DNA of 64,000 bases from Pseudomonadota bacterium (GCA_041178425.1 JBEGVH010000010.1:1-64000); one strand, 5' to 3'. Counted from the stretch's first letter, positions 22,803 to 32,798 are shown. Program-made: numbers and translations. Notes: generated by a model from the sequence alone, not told the origin.

Positions 22803-24019
22803 GCTTGGACATAGCCCTGATTAGAAATGAATTCCCTGCTCTCAAACAAAAGGTCAATGGCTTCGATTTAATCTATTTAGACAGCGCTGCAACCACGTTG
22901 AAGCCTATTTCAATCGTTAATCGCATTCGCGATTTTTATAGCCACGAGGCAGCCAATGTCCATAGGGGAGCTCACTTCTTAAGTGATCGAGCAACCGATC
23001 TTTTTGAACAGGCACGAAATAAAGTGGCCACGTTTATAAATGCTCACTCTTCCAGAGAAATAATATTTGTCAGAGGCACGACGGAGGGACTTAATTTGAT
23101 CTCCTCGAGTTTGGGCGAAACGCTTAGTCCTGGCGATGAAATCATCATTTCAGATATCGAACATCATGCCAACATCGTACCCTGGCAAATGCTTGCCGAG
23201 AGAAAGGGGCTTGCGCTCAAAATTCTCACGGCCGACACTGATGGTCGCATTTCTGAGGCTTCGCTAAAACAGCTTCTCTCTGAAAAGACAAAGATTCTCT
23301 CAGTTACACACGCCTCCAATCATTTAGGTAATATAGTTGATGTGAAAAAACTCATTGAAGTGGCCCATCAAAAGGGAGTTATCGTAGTGATTGATGGAGC
23401 ACAGGCTGTTGGCAAAATGAAGGTCGATGTGAGAGATCTTGATGCTGACTTTTATGTTTTTTCTGGGCATAAGATGTTTGCCCCCTTTGGTATTGGGGTA
23501 GTATATGGGCGCGAATCTCTTTTAAAGAATCTGCCTCCCTACCAAGGAGGTGGCAGTATGATCTCTGAGGTTACACTCCAGAAAACAACTTATAATGATA
23601 TCCCTTTTCGGTTTGAAGCAGGCACCCCTGATATTGGTGGTGCTGTAGCTCTTGCTACGGCCATAGATTTTATTGATAGCATCGGGATCGACCAAATTGA
23701 AAACCATGAAAAACAGTTAGTTAATTATGCTTTCGAACGTTTGGTTCAGTTTTCGGGGTTAACCCTTTTGGGCCCTCAATCCGTCTGTAGAATACCTGTT
23801 TTTGCTTTCAACCTCGAAGGTCTTCATGCTAGCGATATTGGTTTTTTACTTAATCAACAAGGAATTGCTATAAGGACAGGACATCACTGCACCCAACCAC
23901 TCTTGCAAAAACTGAAACTCTCTGGCAGTGCCCGAGCCTCATTTTCAATTTATAATACCGAACAAGAAATTGATTCTCTTCTTAATGCTCTCAAAAAAGC
24001 AAAGGACCTATTGTCATGA
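22799..24019 (+). CDS. sufS: cysteine desulfurase SufS
   Basis: YLDSAAT, ANVHRG, FSGHKM, FEAGTP and RTGHHC. Confidence 0.96.
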   Translation: MSLDIALIRNEFPALKQKVNGFDLIYLDSAATTLKPISIVNRIRDFYSHEAANVHRGAHFLSDRATDLFEQARNKVATFINAHSSREIIFVRGTTEGLNLISSSLGETLSPGDEIIISDIEHHANIVPWQMLAERKGLALKILTADTDGRISEASLKQLLSEKTKILSVTHASNHLGNIVDVKKLIEVAHQKGVIVVIDGAQAVGKMKVDVRDLDADFYVFSGHKMFAPFGIGVVYGRESLLKNLPPYQGGGSMISEVTLQKTTYNDIPFRFEAGTPDIGGAVALATAIDFIDSIGIDQIENHEKQLVNYAFERLVQFSGLTLLGPQSVCRIPVFAFNLEGLHASDIGFLLNQQGIAIRTGHHCTQPLLQKLKLSGSARASFSIYNTEQEIDSLLNALKKAKDLLS

Positions 24020-24579
24020 CATCAACTGAAGTGCTTATTCGAATTGCGCCCACTCCTAACCCCCTTGCCTGGAAGTTTATTTTAGATCGGCCCGTGCTTA
24101 TGCAGGGAAAGGCCACGTTCTCCCAAACAGAAGAGTGTGGTAGCTATACATTCGCAAAAGACCTACTAGAGCTTAATGGAATTACCCAGGTTCATTTTTT
24201 CTCAAATGTCATCACCATTACTCATGCCCCGGAGCGCTCTTTTGATGATCTTCGCGATTTGGTCAATGCTGTCATTCAGAGAGATATGCCAATTCATAAT
24301 CCCAATATTACAGCTGATGATGAGAAAAAGAAAAAGCGCGAAGGTCTCTCTGCTGAATTAAAACAGATTGAGGAGATTTTGGATCGAACGATTCGACCAG
24401 GACTACAAGGCGATGGCGGAGATATTGAAGTTGTTAAATACGAGCATCCTCAACTTTATATCTACTATCAAGGAGCTTGTGGCACATGCCCTAGTTCCAC
24501 AGAGGGTACATTAATGGCCATCGAGGGTATTTTAAGAGACGAATTCAATCCAGAAGTCGTCGTGATTCCCGTTAATTAG
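24016..24579 (+). CDS. Nfu/NifU-like Fe-S carrier (Nfu_N + NifU domains)
   Basis: TPNP at the N-terminus; IRPGLQGDGGD and GACGTCPSS. Confidence 0.9.
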   Translation: MTSTEVLIRIAPTPNPLAWKFILDRPVLMQGKATFSQTEECGSYTFAKDLLELNGITQVHFFSNVITITHAPERSFDDLRDLVNAVIQRDMPIHNPNITADDEKKKKREGLSAELKQIEEILDRTIRPGLQGDGGDIEVVKYEHPQLYIYYQGACGTCPSSTEGTLMAIEGILRDEFNPEVVVIPVN

Positions 24580-24593
24580 GTTTTTTACACGGT

Positions 24594-25139
24594 TTAAAAT
24601 TGTATTCGTGCAGGAAGTCGTTTGATAGTGTCAGATGACTTCAAGCTGTGTGTACGTAATCCTGGAGAATATTTTTGGGCCATCTTGAATTCGAGTGTTT
24701 GCTCGTAGTTGGTAGGAATCACTAAGGCAATTGCACTCCCGCTTCCTGCCAATGAGTTCATTTTACATACAATATTTTGATTTTCATCTTTTTTTAACCC
24801 TCCGACTTTAAACTCCAAAAGGGATTCACCTTGAATTGGGCTAGCAATAACCCTCTCCAAATCGTCATTCGTTGAAGCATCATCGGGAAGCTTGCATGTT
24901 AAGCTTAAATTTTCTGCTCTCAGAAAACTTTTTAAAAAATTAATGCTCACAATTCCTTCGCCCTTCGAGCTATCCAGCCATTGAAACCTCGCTTCGGCAT
25001 GAAGCGTGCTCATGCCTTTACCGAAGAATTTAAATGAACGAGAGTCTTTGCTTTGAGAAAAGCGTTCTGGTGGGAACACGAAGAACCCAATCGCAACTAG
25101 CGCAATTAAGAACAAAAAACCTCTCATGGCGCGGGGCAT
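24594..25139 (-). CDS. hypothetical membrane-anchored or exported protein
   Basis: N-terminal hydrophobic helix and two Cys; overlaps the protease stop codon. Confidence 0.65.
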   Translation of the reverse strand: MPRAMRGFLFLIALVAIGFFVFPPERFSQSKDSRSFKFFGKGMSTLHAEARFQWLDSSKGEGIVSINFLKSFLRAENLSLTCKLPDDASTNDDLERVIASPIQGESLLEFKVGGLKKDENQNIVCKMNSLAGSGSAIALVIPTNYEQTLEFKMAQKYSPGLRTHSLKSSDTIKRLPARIQF

Positions 25140-27028
25140 AGGTATGTCGCTCCTGTTGGTCCGGCAAGTAATTTGAATGTCGCGGTTGGGGACAAATTGT
25201 ATAAAGTCGAAGTATCGGCGGCGACCATCACTAGATAGGTTCCTGCTGAGAGAGTTATTGACACCGATTCTGTTCCTCGAACTGACTCCGATGCAAGAGC
25301 GCGATCCGAAGCGGCTATCAAATCTCCCGAATCGCTGAGATTATGGTCTTCTTTGTAAAGATAAAGATCTAAATCGAGGGACCCCGAAGTACTTGTATAC
25401 TCTAACTTTAGATTGAGCTGCCCGCCAAGATGGGTGAGTTGAAACATCGACGTCGATCGAAACAGGTCGATATACGACCCATACATATTCGAGCCATAAG
25501 AACGGTCCTCAACGGGCACCAAGCTATGGGTACATACCTGACCACTCGATACCAACGGGTGAGCATAACGTGTGGTATCTTTTGTCTGAAACTCACTGAG
25601 CCTGGCCCCATTAAATCCTGCGACAAGTGAAGAATCCCCCGCCGTCAGAGCAGATTCCAATGATTTATTAAAGTGCCCCATCGACGTGAAATGAGTCGTG
25701 ATAGAATTGAGTCCGTAGTCAGTATTGGTTAAAGCTAACCAAAGAAAGCTAAAAGGAACGAAAGCGATCTCAGTCGTCTGATTGGCCACTCCTGAACTAT
25801 CAAAAACGTTTTCGGATGGAGTATTGTCGATATAATCATAGAGCGCTCTCGAAACGGAGACTTCTCGATAAATACCCTCACCCACCGGGTTTTTGGTAAT
25901 TATCATATCTCGCACGCCCGTCGCCTGATTTACATCAATCGGCGCTGCCGGCTCTGTCTCAAGATCGAGATAAACACCCACGTCTGGTTGATTGGGCGAA
26001 CCAATCGTATCGATATATTTTGAGGACCCGAGCACCGCGGAAGCCAGAAAGTTTGCGAATCCTTCGCTAAAGGCGAGTCGCGGATCGATGATTAGGTTTC
26101 CGTTATGAAATCCGCCCGGTGAAAACGTTTTCCAGTACTGATGCTCTAAAAAGTGTCCATACTCATGCAGAATGACGGAGTCGTCGAAATGATCGGTGTC
26201 GGCCGAATCTACGTTGCCATTGGAGCCACCCAAAATAAATAAACTCGGCGTCGATTCAATCGAGCCTGATACATCAAAAAAACTCAATGGAGAGTCCTCA
26301 TTAAAATAAGAAGACGGATTAAATCCTTTCATCCAGTATATAGTGACTTTCGGAGCCACGCTAAAACTCGAACAAATGGAGCAAGACGCATTTGCATTCA
26401 ATCTTAGAAACTCATTCGCTTTCAAGATCATGTTAAAGATATGAAAAGCACCCCCCTCCAAGTTTGTGTAGGGAGAGTTACCGTCAACTTGAGCCGGAGC
26501 CTCTAGGGGAGGTATGGCGTAACTAGTAACACCTGGCTGTATAGCTACCTCTGAGTAGATCGAATAGAACGATTTCGAAGTGCCTTTATCTAAAATGCTA
26601 GCCTTAACGTAATTGTTAAGGCCTCTTGAGTTCACCTCAACTCTAAATATTTTTGCAGACGATGGCTCTTCAATTTGCAGACTGAATGCACCGTTATCAT
26701 CGGTTTCACCACATTGGACTACAGTGCCCGATGGATCTAAAACCCTTACCTCAGCACGCCTAATTTTATTAATAAATGGAACTGAACCATTCCGAGTTAA
26801 TCCTTTTGTGGCCCCTTGATAAACAGGCTTAAAATACTGATAGGTCGCTGAACCTGAAATTGTAACGCCATTTGAAACTGATTGGACGGAACTACAGTAG
26901 GCTCCTTCAAAAACACTAGCACCGGGATTAGAAGCACTCCCCCCACCTCGAGAAAAAGAACAGCCAACGGCAAACATAACCGATGGGAGCACGACTAAAT
27001 ATTTTTTATTAAGTAAGCGAAATTCCAC
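25124..27028 (-). CDS. lipoprotein zinc metalloprotease (gluzincin-like) with C-terminal PPC-like domain
   Basis: Lipobox FAVGC, HEYGH, downstream FSEGFAN, and C-terminal DLDLYLY...ESVSITLSAGTYLVMV. Confidence 0.8.
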   Translation of the reverse strand: MEFRLLNKKYLVVLPSVMFAVGCSFSRGGGSASNPGASVFEGAYCSSVQSVSNGVTISGSATYQYFKPVYQGATKGLTRNGSVPFINKIRRAEVRVLDPSGTVVQCGETDDNGAFSLQIEEPSSAKIFRVEVNSRGLNNYVKASILDKGTSKSFYSIYSEVAIQPGVTSYAIPPLEAPAQVDGNSPYTNLEGGAFHIFNMILKANEFLRLNANASCSICSSFSVAPKVTIYWMKGFNPSSYFNEDSPLSFFDVSGSIESTPSLFILGGSNGNVDSADTDHFDDSVILHEYGHFLEHQYWKTFSPGGFHNGNLIIDPRLAFSEGFANFLASAVLGSSKYIDTIGSPNQPDVGVYLDLETEPAAPIDVNQATGVRDMIITKNPVGEGIYREVSVSRALYDYIDNTPSENVFDSSGVANQTTEIAFVPFSFLWLALTNTDYGLNSITTHFTSMGHFNKSLESALTAGDSSLVAGFNGARLSEFQTKDTTRYAHPLVSSGQVCTHSLVPVEDRSYGSNMYGSYIDLFRSTSMFQLTHLGGQLNLKLEYTSTSGSLDLDLYLYKEDHNLSDSGDLIAASDRALASESVRGTESVSITLSAGTYLVMVAADTSTLYNLSPTATFKLLAGPTGATYLCPAP

Positions 27029-27034
27029 GGATAC

Positions 27035-27061
27035 TTATCGGCATCCGGTCATTCTAACTTA
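27035..27061 (-). promoter_or_regulatory. sigma28 (FliA) promoter of the metalloprotease gene
   Basis: TAAG-N15-GCCGATAA with a perfect -10 element, 6 nt before the GTG start. Confidence 0.75.
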
Positions 27062-27141
27062 AGATCTAAATTGGGATTTTGGTCGGGGCTATTTCCCAGT
27101 CTCTTGTCTCGATATGATTCGTGGTTTAGTCTGAATGCAAC

Positions 27142-27423
27142 ATGGAAAAAGGTTATAACTCTGATTTAAAAATGGGCTTAGATCTCTATCACATCCAGAC
27201 TGAAGACTGGGGGACCGATATGCAACTAATCGTGACCCGGGTCTTTAAAAATGGAGCAGTTATAAAGAGTTATAAAACTCCTTATGCCGATTTACTGCGT
27301 TCGACGCCAAATATTCAACGGCGCCTCGCCCTTCGCGAGGCTCTCAAAAATCAACATCGTAAAATTCTGGACCTTTTGCAGAGTGGCCAAATGTTCTACA
27401 AAATGCCTAGAATAGAGTTGTGA
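27142..27423 (+). CDS. small hypothetical protein overlapping ftsE
   Basis: 93 aa ORF (GYNSD...YHIQTEDWG) with a GTGA overlap into ftsE and upstream TTGTCT-N17-TAGTCT. Confidence 0.7.
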   Translation: MEKGYNSDLKMGLDLYHIQTEDWGTDMQLIVTRVFKNGAVIKSYKTPYADLLRSTPNIQRRLALREALKNQHRKILDLLQSGQMFYKMPRIEL

Positions 27424-28082
27424 TTACATTATCTCATGTCTACAAAACATATACAGGCCCCGTTCATGCTCTTAGAGATGTCAGTTTTGAGATCAATAAG
27501 GGTGAATTTGTTTTCTTAACTGGCCCGAGTGGGGCTGGTAAGACGACACTCTTTCGAATGATTTCGGCATTCGATCGACCAACCTCTGGTGATGTGCAGG
27601 TTGGCGATTTTTCGCTGTCGAATCTTTCGACCTCAGAGGTTCCTTTTTATCGAAGGAAAATTGGCGTCGTCTTCCAGGACTTCAGGTTGTTAAAAAATAA
27701 AACTATTTTTGACAACGTCGCACTCCCTCTCGTAATTCGCGGAGAATCTCAGTCCACCGTTAAAACGAAAGTGATGGACACTCTTGATCTCCTCGGCATT
27801 GCGCACAAGGCCAATCAATACCCGGAATTTGTATCCGGGGGGGAGCAACAGCGAACAACGATCGCTCGTGCCATCATTCACCAGCCGTTTGTTCTTATTG
27901 CGGATGAGCCGACAGGGAACCTCGACCATAGTTTAGCTCAGGAAATTATGGGTGTTTTACAGAAAATTTGCGATCAAGGAACAACCGTCATTGTCGCAAC
28001 CCACGACGTGTATCTGATAGACAAATATAAAAAGCGAAGAATTGAAATCAAAGATGGAATGATTCAGGGAGGACGACGATGA
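27420..28082 (+). CDS. ftsE: cell division ATP-binding protein FtsE
   Basis: GPSGAGKT, IGVVFQDFRLL, SGGEQQR and ADEPTGNLD. Confidence 0.93.
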   Translation: MITLSHVYKTYTGPVHALRDVSFEINKGEFVFLTGPSGAGKTTLFRMISAFDRPTSGDVQVGDFSLSNLSTSEVPFYRRKIGVVFQDFRLLKNKTIFDNVALPLVIRGESQSTVKTKVMDTLDLLGIAHKANQYPEFVSGGEQQRTTIARAIIHQPFVLIADEPTGNLDHSLAQEIMGVLQKICDQGTTVIVATHDVYLIDKYKKRRIEIKDGMIQGGRR

Positions 28083-29020
28083 AGCGCAATCTCCTCATGA
28101 CGAGTACCTTTCTGGTTTCAAGCCTCGTCTATCTTTTTGCAATTATTTCTTGGATTTCAATCGAATCGTTTACTCACTTGGTGGAGCGATGGAGCCATAA
28201 TTCAGAAATGACAGTTTATTTGCGTCCGGAAGCGAATCAGACTGAGGTACAAAAACTAAAAGAGATTTTTGAACACTATTCTGGGCAAACTGTGACTACC
28301 TTTGAATCAACAGAAGAAATTCAGGCAAGTCTAAAACGTCTTATGCCTAAATCGGATATGGACTTTGCCTCAAATGACGAACTTGTTGCGGCAATTCCCC
28401 CACATTTCATAATAAAGGGGTCTTCTAACTTACTTGGAGATTCATTATTTGAAGTTTTTCAAAAAATTACCATCGAAATAGGGAAAAATCCTATTGTTGA
28501 ATCAACGAGTTTCGGAAAATCATGGGCCGATAAGTACACTTCAATTTTGAAATCGTTTAGGGGTGGTACTATTGCTTTTATTATCGCCCTTTCATTGACC
28601 CTCATCTTGGTGATCGGGAACTCCATACGTTCTCACATCAATGCGAGAAGAGAAGAAATCGAAATTCTTGAACTCGTCGGTGCGACTCCTTCGATGATCC
28701 GAAAACCATTTTTAATTGAAGGAACAATCCTTTCTTCTATGGCTATGGGCCTCGCCTTAATTTTTGTAGTTCTCGGTTTGTTCGCACTGAAAAATTCTGC
28801 GTTTGACCTCGGCAAAATTCTCGATCTTAAAAGTCTCGTTTGGCAACCCACCATGATGGACTATTTCTTCGCTCTCGTCCTTTCGGCAGCCATCGGCTTT
28901 TTTGGTAGCTACTTTTGCTTATCAGAAGTTAATACCGGCTGGGCGGCGTCAGGCCAGGGCCGCCGCTGGACTTCCATCTTCAATATTTTTCAAGGACTTG
29001 GACGTTCGACCAATGGGTAA
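28079..29020 (+). CDS. ftsX: cell division permease FtsX
   Basis: 4-TM topology; IGNSIR...RREEIEILELVGAT...IRKPFLIEG. Confidence 0.92.
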   Translation: MKRNLLMTSTFLVSSLVYLFAIISWISIESFTHLVERWSHNSEMTVYLRPEANQTEVQKLKEIFEHYSGQTVTTFESTEEIQASLKRLMPKSDMDFASNDELVAAIPPHFIIKGSSNLLGDSLFEVFQKITIEIGKNPIVESTSFGKSWADKYTSILKSFRGGTIAFIIALSLTLILVIGNSIRSHINARREEIEILELVGATPSMIRKPFLIEGTILSSMAMGLALIFVVLGLFALKNSAFDLGKILDLKSLVWQPTMMDYFFALVLSAAIGFFGSYFCLSEVNTGWAASGQGRRWTSIFNIFQGLGRSTNG

Positions 29021-30113
29021 CTTACCGGCTCCGACTCTTATTCTCGCCACGTTACTTTCAACAGGGGCCTTGGCGGCTCCGGCCTCCAATGCCAAGTTAT
29101 TACAGGATTGGCGGGCTGCGGATCGTAAGATTGAGAGTCTTTCTCGTAAAGAAACAGAACTTTTAAATCAAAGGCTAAATATCGAATTAGCGTTGAGTGA
29201 GACAACAGAGAATATAAAGTCTCTCGGCGAAATGATCGAAACGAAAAGAAGTATCATTATTTCGCGCATACGGTATCTCAACAATAATTCTGGCACCGAT
29301 CTTATTCGAAATCTCATCGAATCGTCCAACCCGGGTGAACTTGAAAGAAACCATAAGGTCTTTATGATCGCCACTCGGCTTGATCTAGAAATGGTTAGGC
29401 TATTTAACAAAGATCTCGTTAAACTTGAGAAAGAACGTCAAAAACAATCCCAGAGAATTGCCAAGCTAAACGAATTACATCGAGACTTAAAAACTGAAGC
29501 CGACGAATTTATTGGCGAACTTAAGAAAAAAGGACAAGTTCTAAACCAAATTCGTACTCGCCTTAAATCTAACTCTAAGGTTTGGACCGACCAATTGAAC
29601 CGAGCTATCGCTAACAACGATGTTGAAAAAATAAATCTTTATCAATCTCTTTTAAATAAAAACTTTCTCGATAGAAAAGGACAACTCACGAGTCCAACGA
29701 ACGGACCTATCAAAATTCGCTTCGGTGTTTTGAAGATGGACAGCGTCACCCCTGCCCTTCCATTTCATGGAGTTCTCTTTGAATCATCTCCGGAAACTCC
29801 CGTGCGAGCTATTGCTGATGGAACAGTGGTATGGACTGGTTCCATCGATGGATTAGGTGAAACTCTTGTTCTCGACCACGGACGCGATCTTCACTCCGTT
29901 TACTCTCGAATTAAACTCTCAAAGTTAAAAGCCGGAGATCTTATTAAAGAAGGTGTGCATATCGGTTCTGTGGCAAAATCTAACGATCGAATGGGTAACG
30001 GACTTTATTTTGAAATACGAGAGAATTCGCTACCTACTGATCCTTCCCGGTGGATTCTTACAAACTCTGAGCTTCTATCAAAAGAAAACAACCCCTGGGA
30101 GAGTGTTCAATGA
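29013..30113 (+). CDS. envC: EnvC-like murein hydrolase activator (coiled coil + degenerate M23); start moved to 29013
   Basis: Signal peptide, long coiled coil and a LytM fold lacking zinc ligands (FHGVLF, VYSRI); LYFEIR; follows ftsEX. Confidence 0.8.
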   Translation: MGNLPAPTLILATLLSTGALAAPASNAKLLQDWRAADRKIESLSRKETELLNQRLNIELALSETTENIKSLGEMIETKRSIIISRIRYLNNNSGTDLIRNLIESSNPGELERNHKVFMIATRLDLEMVRLFNKDLVKLEKERQKQSQRIAKLNELHRDLKTEADEFIGELKKKGQVLNQIRTRLKSNSKVWTDQLNRAIANNDVEKINLYQSLLNKNFLDRKGQLTSPTNGPIKIRFGVLKMDSVTPALPFHGVLFESSPETPVRAIADGTVVWTGSIDGLGETLVLDHGRDLHSVYSRIKLSKLKAGDLIKEGVHIGSVAKSNDRMGNGLYFEIRENSLPTDPSRWILTNSELLSKENNPWESVQ

Positions 30114-31465
30114 CAAAAAAACAGTACCTTTTTCTTGGGGTCAGCTCTGTTCTTTTAATCACAACACTCAAAAGTCCGATCGCAGCTTATGCAGAGGATC
30201 GTTACGCAGAGATTCAAACTTTCACCAAAATTCTAAACATGGTTCAACAATTCTATGTTGAAGAGGTTGATACAAAAAAACTCATCTACGGAGCCATCAA
30301 GGGAATGCTGCGAGAGCTCGACCCACACACCAATTACATGCCTGTAGATATTTATAAAGAATTTGAATCAGAGACCAGTGGTGAATTCGGTGGCTTAGGC
30401 ATAGAGATTTCTATTCAAAACGGCATTCTGACGATTATTTCACCTATTGAGGACGCACCGGCGTGGAATGCTGGAGTAAAAGCCGGTGATAAAATAGTAG
30501 GTATCAATGGACACAGCACGAAGGGCCTAAGCCTCGTCGAGGCTTCCCAGCTCATGAGAGGAAAACGGGGCTCTGTAGTCACCCTAAGCATCATCAGAGG
30601 ATCTGCCGATTTACCAACTGACTATGCCATTCGTCGCGGACAAGTTAAGCTAAAGTCGGTCAAATATACAGATCTCAACGACGGCTATGCTTATGTTCGA
30701 ATCACGAGCTTTATTGAGAACACCTATAAAGACCTCGAAAAAATTCTCTCTGAACATTCTGCAAAAAACAAAGAATTCAGAGGAGTCCTCATCGATTTGC
30801 GAAGAAACCCAGGTGGCCTTTTTGAGCAGGCCGTAAAAATAAGTGATTTATTCCTCAATCAAGGAACAATCGTATCAACAATAGGAAGAAACAAGCAGGA
30901 TAAAGAGATTATTTCTGCAAAAAATGATGGCGGCTATCCAAACCTCCCGATTGTTGTACTTATCAATGAATACTCTGCGAGCGCTAGCGAAATCCTAGCC
31001 GGAGCCCTTCAGGATAATAACCGCGCTTTAATTGCCGGGGAAAGAAGTTTCGGAAAAGGTTCTGTACAGTCCGTAATAAAATTGGGTGATGGATCGGGCC
31101 TTAAACTCACTGTTGCCCGCTACTATACTCCAAGCGGTCGATCGATTCAGGCAGAGGGGATTCAGCCCGATATTGAAATCCAAAACATTGATTTTCAGGC
31201 TTTTAATAAAGCAGTGGTCTCAGGGGAAACGCTGAGAGAAAAAGACATGGAAGGACACCTTGCGAGCGAAAAAGAACAACGCTCCTCTTCCAAGGGGGAG
31301 AATAGCGCCGCAACAATGAACGCTTGGTGGAACGACGTCAATAAAAAGTCAGAAGAGTCATTATCTGCACGCGAGAAACTACTCAAGTCAGACTTTCAAG
31401 TGTTTCAAGCCTTCAACTATTTAAAAACTTGGAAGGTTTTTAATAAAAAAAGCCAGGTTCAATAA
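30110..31465 (+). CDS. ctpA: carboxyl-terminal processing protease (S41, PDZ)
   Basis: LDPHTNY, GEFGGLGIEI, DLRRNPGG, SASASEI and FGKGSVQ. Confidence 0.93.
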   Translation: MTKKQYLFLGVSSVLLITTLKSPIAAYAEDRYAEIQTFTKILNMVQQFYVEEVDTKKLIYGAIKGMLRELDPHTNYMPVDIYKEFESETSGEFGGLGIEISIQNGILTIISPIEDAPAWNAGVKAGDKIVGINGHSTKGLSLVEASQLMRGKRGSVVTLSIIRGSADLPTDYAIRRGQVKLKSVKYTDLNDGYAYVRITSFIENTYKDLEKILSEHSAKNKEFRGVLIDLRRNPGGLFEQAVKISDLFLNQGTIVSTIGRNKQDKEIISAKNDGGYPNLPIVVLINEYSASASEILAGALQDNNRALIAGERSFGKGSVQSVIKLGDGSGLKLTVARYYTPSGRSIQAEGIQPDIEIQNIDFQAFNKAVVSGETLREKDMEGHLASEKEQRSSSKGENSAATMNAWWNDVNKKSEESLSAREKLLKSDFQVFQAFNYLKTWKVFNKKSQVQ

Positions 31466-31475
31466 CCTGGCTTTT
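31444..31475. terminator. bidirectional intrinsic terminator between ctpA and tig
   Basis: A-run, GCCAGGTT-CAAT-AACCTGGC, T-run. Confidence 0.8.
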
Positions 31476-31502
31476 CAAAAATTTTAAACTAAAAACCTTA
31501 AG

Positions 31503-32798
31503 TTACGCTTTCGCCGGTACTTCTTTGATCTTTGATTTCTCAATCAAAAATCCGATAACTTTCTCCTCAGTAATTTTATGAACCATTCGATTCATTGATT
31601 CGGCTTTAGAGTAAAATTCGCGGATTCTGCCAATATCGATTCCAGTCTGTTTTGCGTATTCTTCAAATTTTGCATCTACGTCTTCTTTTTTACAATGAAG
31701 CTCATGCTTAGCAGCAATTGCATCTACCAAATAAGCAACGTGTATCATTTGTTTTGCAGTCTTCTCAAAATCTGCATCCCACTTATCCTTGTACTCTGCA
31801 AAATCTTGCTCCGCCATTCCATCGTTAGCCATCTGTTTTTGCATATCCTGTACTAGTAACTTTTTTTGCTCGCGTACAAGTGATTGCGGAATTTCAACAG
31901 GGTTCACTGAAATGAGCTTTTTCAAAAGATTCTCTTTTAGAGATTCGTCTGTTTTTTTATTTTGACGATCCTCAAGGTCTTTCATGATGTTTTTCTTTAA
32001 GTCTTCGACCGTGCTCGGAGCACCACTCATGCTTGTCACGAATTCATCGCTAAGCTCAGGAAGAACTTTTTTACGGAGCTTTTTGAGAGTAACTTCGAAG
32101 TCTACAGCCTTACCTGAAAGATCCGCATGGTAATTTTCTGGGAACTTGAGGTTAAGAGTCTTCGTTTGCCCAACTGTCATTCCAATAATTCCGTCTTCAA
32201 AACCCTCGATAAAGCTCTTAGTACCCAATTCAAGAGGGTGATCCGTGCCCTCACCTCGATCGAGAGGTTTTCCATCAATGATTCCTTTAAAATCAATGAC
32301 AGCAATGTCACCTTTTTGAGCAGGTCGATTTTCAGTAACATCTTCAGACGACGCTCTCGAGTTTCTTATGTTCTCCAAAATAGATTCCATCTCTTTTGGA
32401 TCCACTGAGAAAATTTCTTTCTCAACTTCAAGTCCCTCGTATGTCTTAAGCTCAATTTCTGGCCTTACCTCGAAATTTGCACTAAAAGTAAAATCTTTGC
32501 CATCGATGACTTCGTCGAATTCGAATTCGGGATAGTCAACAGGCTCCAATTTATGCTCTTGCAAACCTTTAGAGAATCCAACCTTAAGAAGCTCTTGAGT
32601 AACGTCATTCTTTACCCGATCGGCGTAGAGATTTTTAATCATTGCGATAGGTGCTTTTCCCTTACGAAAGCCTTTTAATTCAACTTGCTTCTGCACGCCA
32701 TGATAGAAATCGTTCAAGGTTGATGTTACAAGCGCCGCGGGGACTTCGATATTTAATTTACGTCCTAAAGTGGACACTTTCTCTAATTGAGTTTTCAT
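31503..32798 (-). CDS. tig: trigger factor
   Basis: GFRKGKAP ribosome-binding signature and FKBP domain (FIEGFEDGIIG, FPENYH). Confidence 0.96.
   Translation of the reverse strand: MKTQLEKVSTLGRKLNIEVPAALVTSTLNDFYHGVQKQVELKGFRKGKAPIAMIKNLYADRVKNDVTQELLKVGFSKGLQEHKLEPVDYPEFEFDEVIDGKDFTFSANFEVRPEIELKTYEGLEVEKEIFSVDPKEMESILENIRNSRASSEDVTENRPAQKGDIAVIDFKGIIDGKPLDRGEGTDHPLELGTKSFIEGFEDGIIGMTVGQTKTLNLKFPENYHADLSGKAVDFEVTLKKLRKKVLPELSDEFVTSMSGAPSTVEDLKKNIMKDLEDRQNKKTDESLKENLLKKLISVNPVEIPQSLVREQKKLLVQDMQKQMANDGMAEQDFAEYKDKWDADFEKTAKQMIHVAYLVDAIAAKHELHCKKEDVDAKFEEYAKQTGIDIGRIREFYSKAESMNRMVHKITEEKVIGFLIEKSKIKEVPAKA

Noticed and set aside
28902..30113. Active M23 peptidase with a long N-terminal overlap into ftsX
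   Set aside because: Loss of zinc ligands is normal for EnvC, so it is not novel. ATG 29013 gives a proper signal peptide, so the TTG extension is unlikely.
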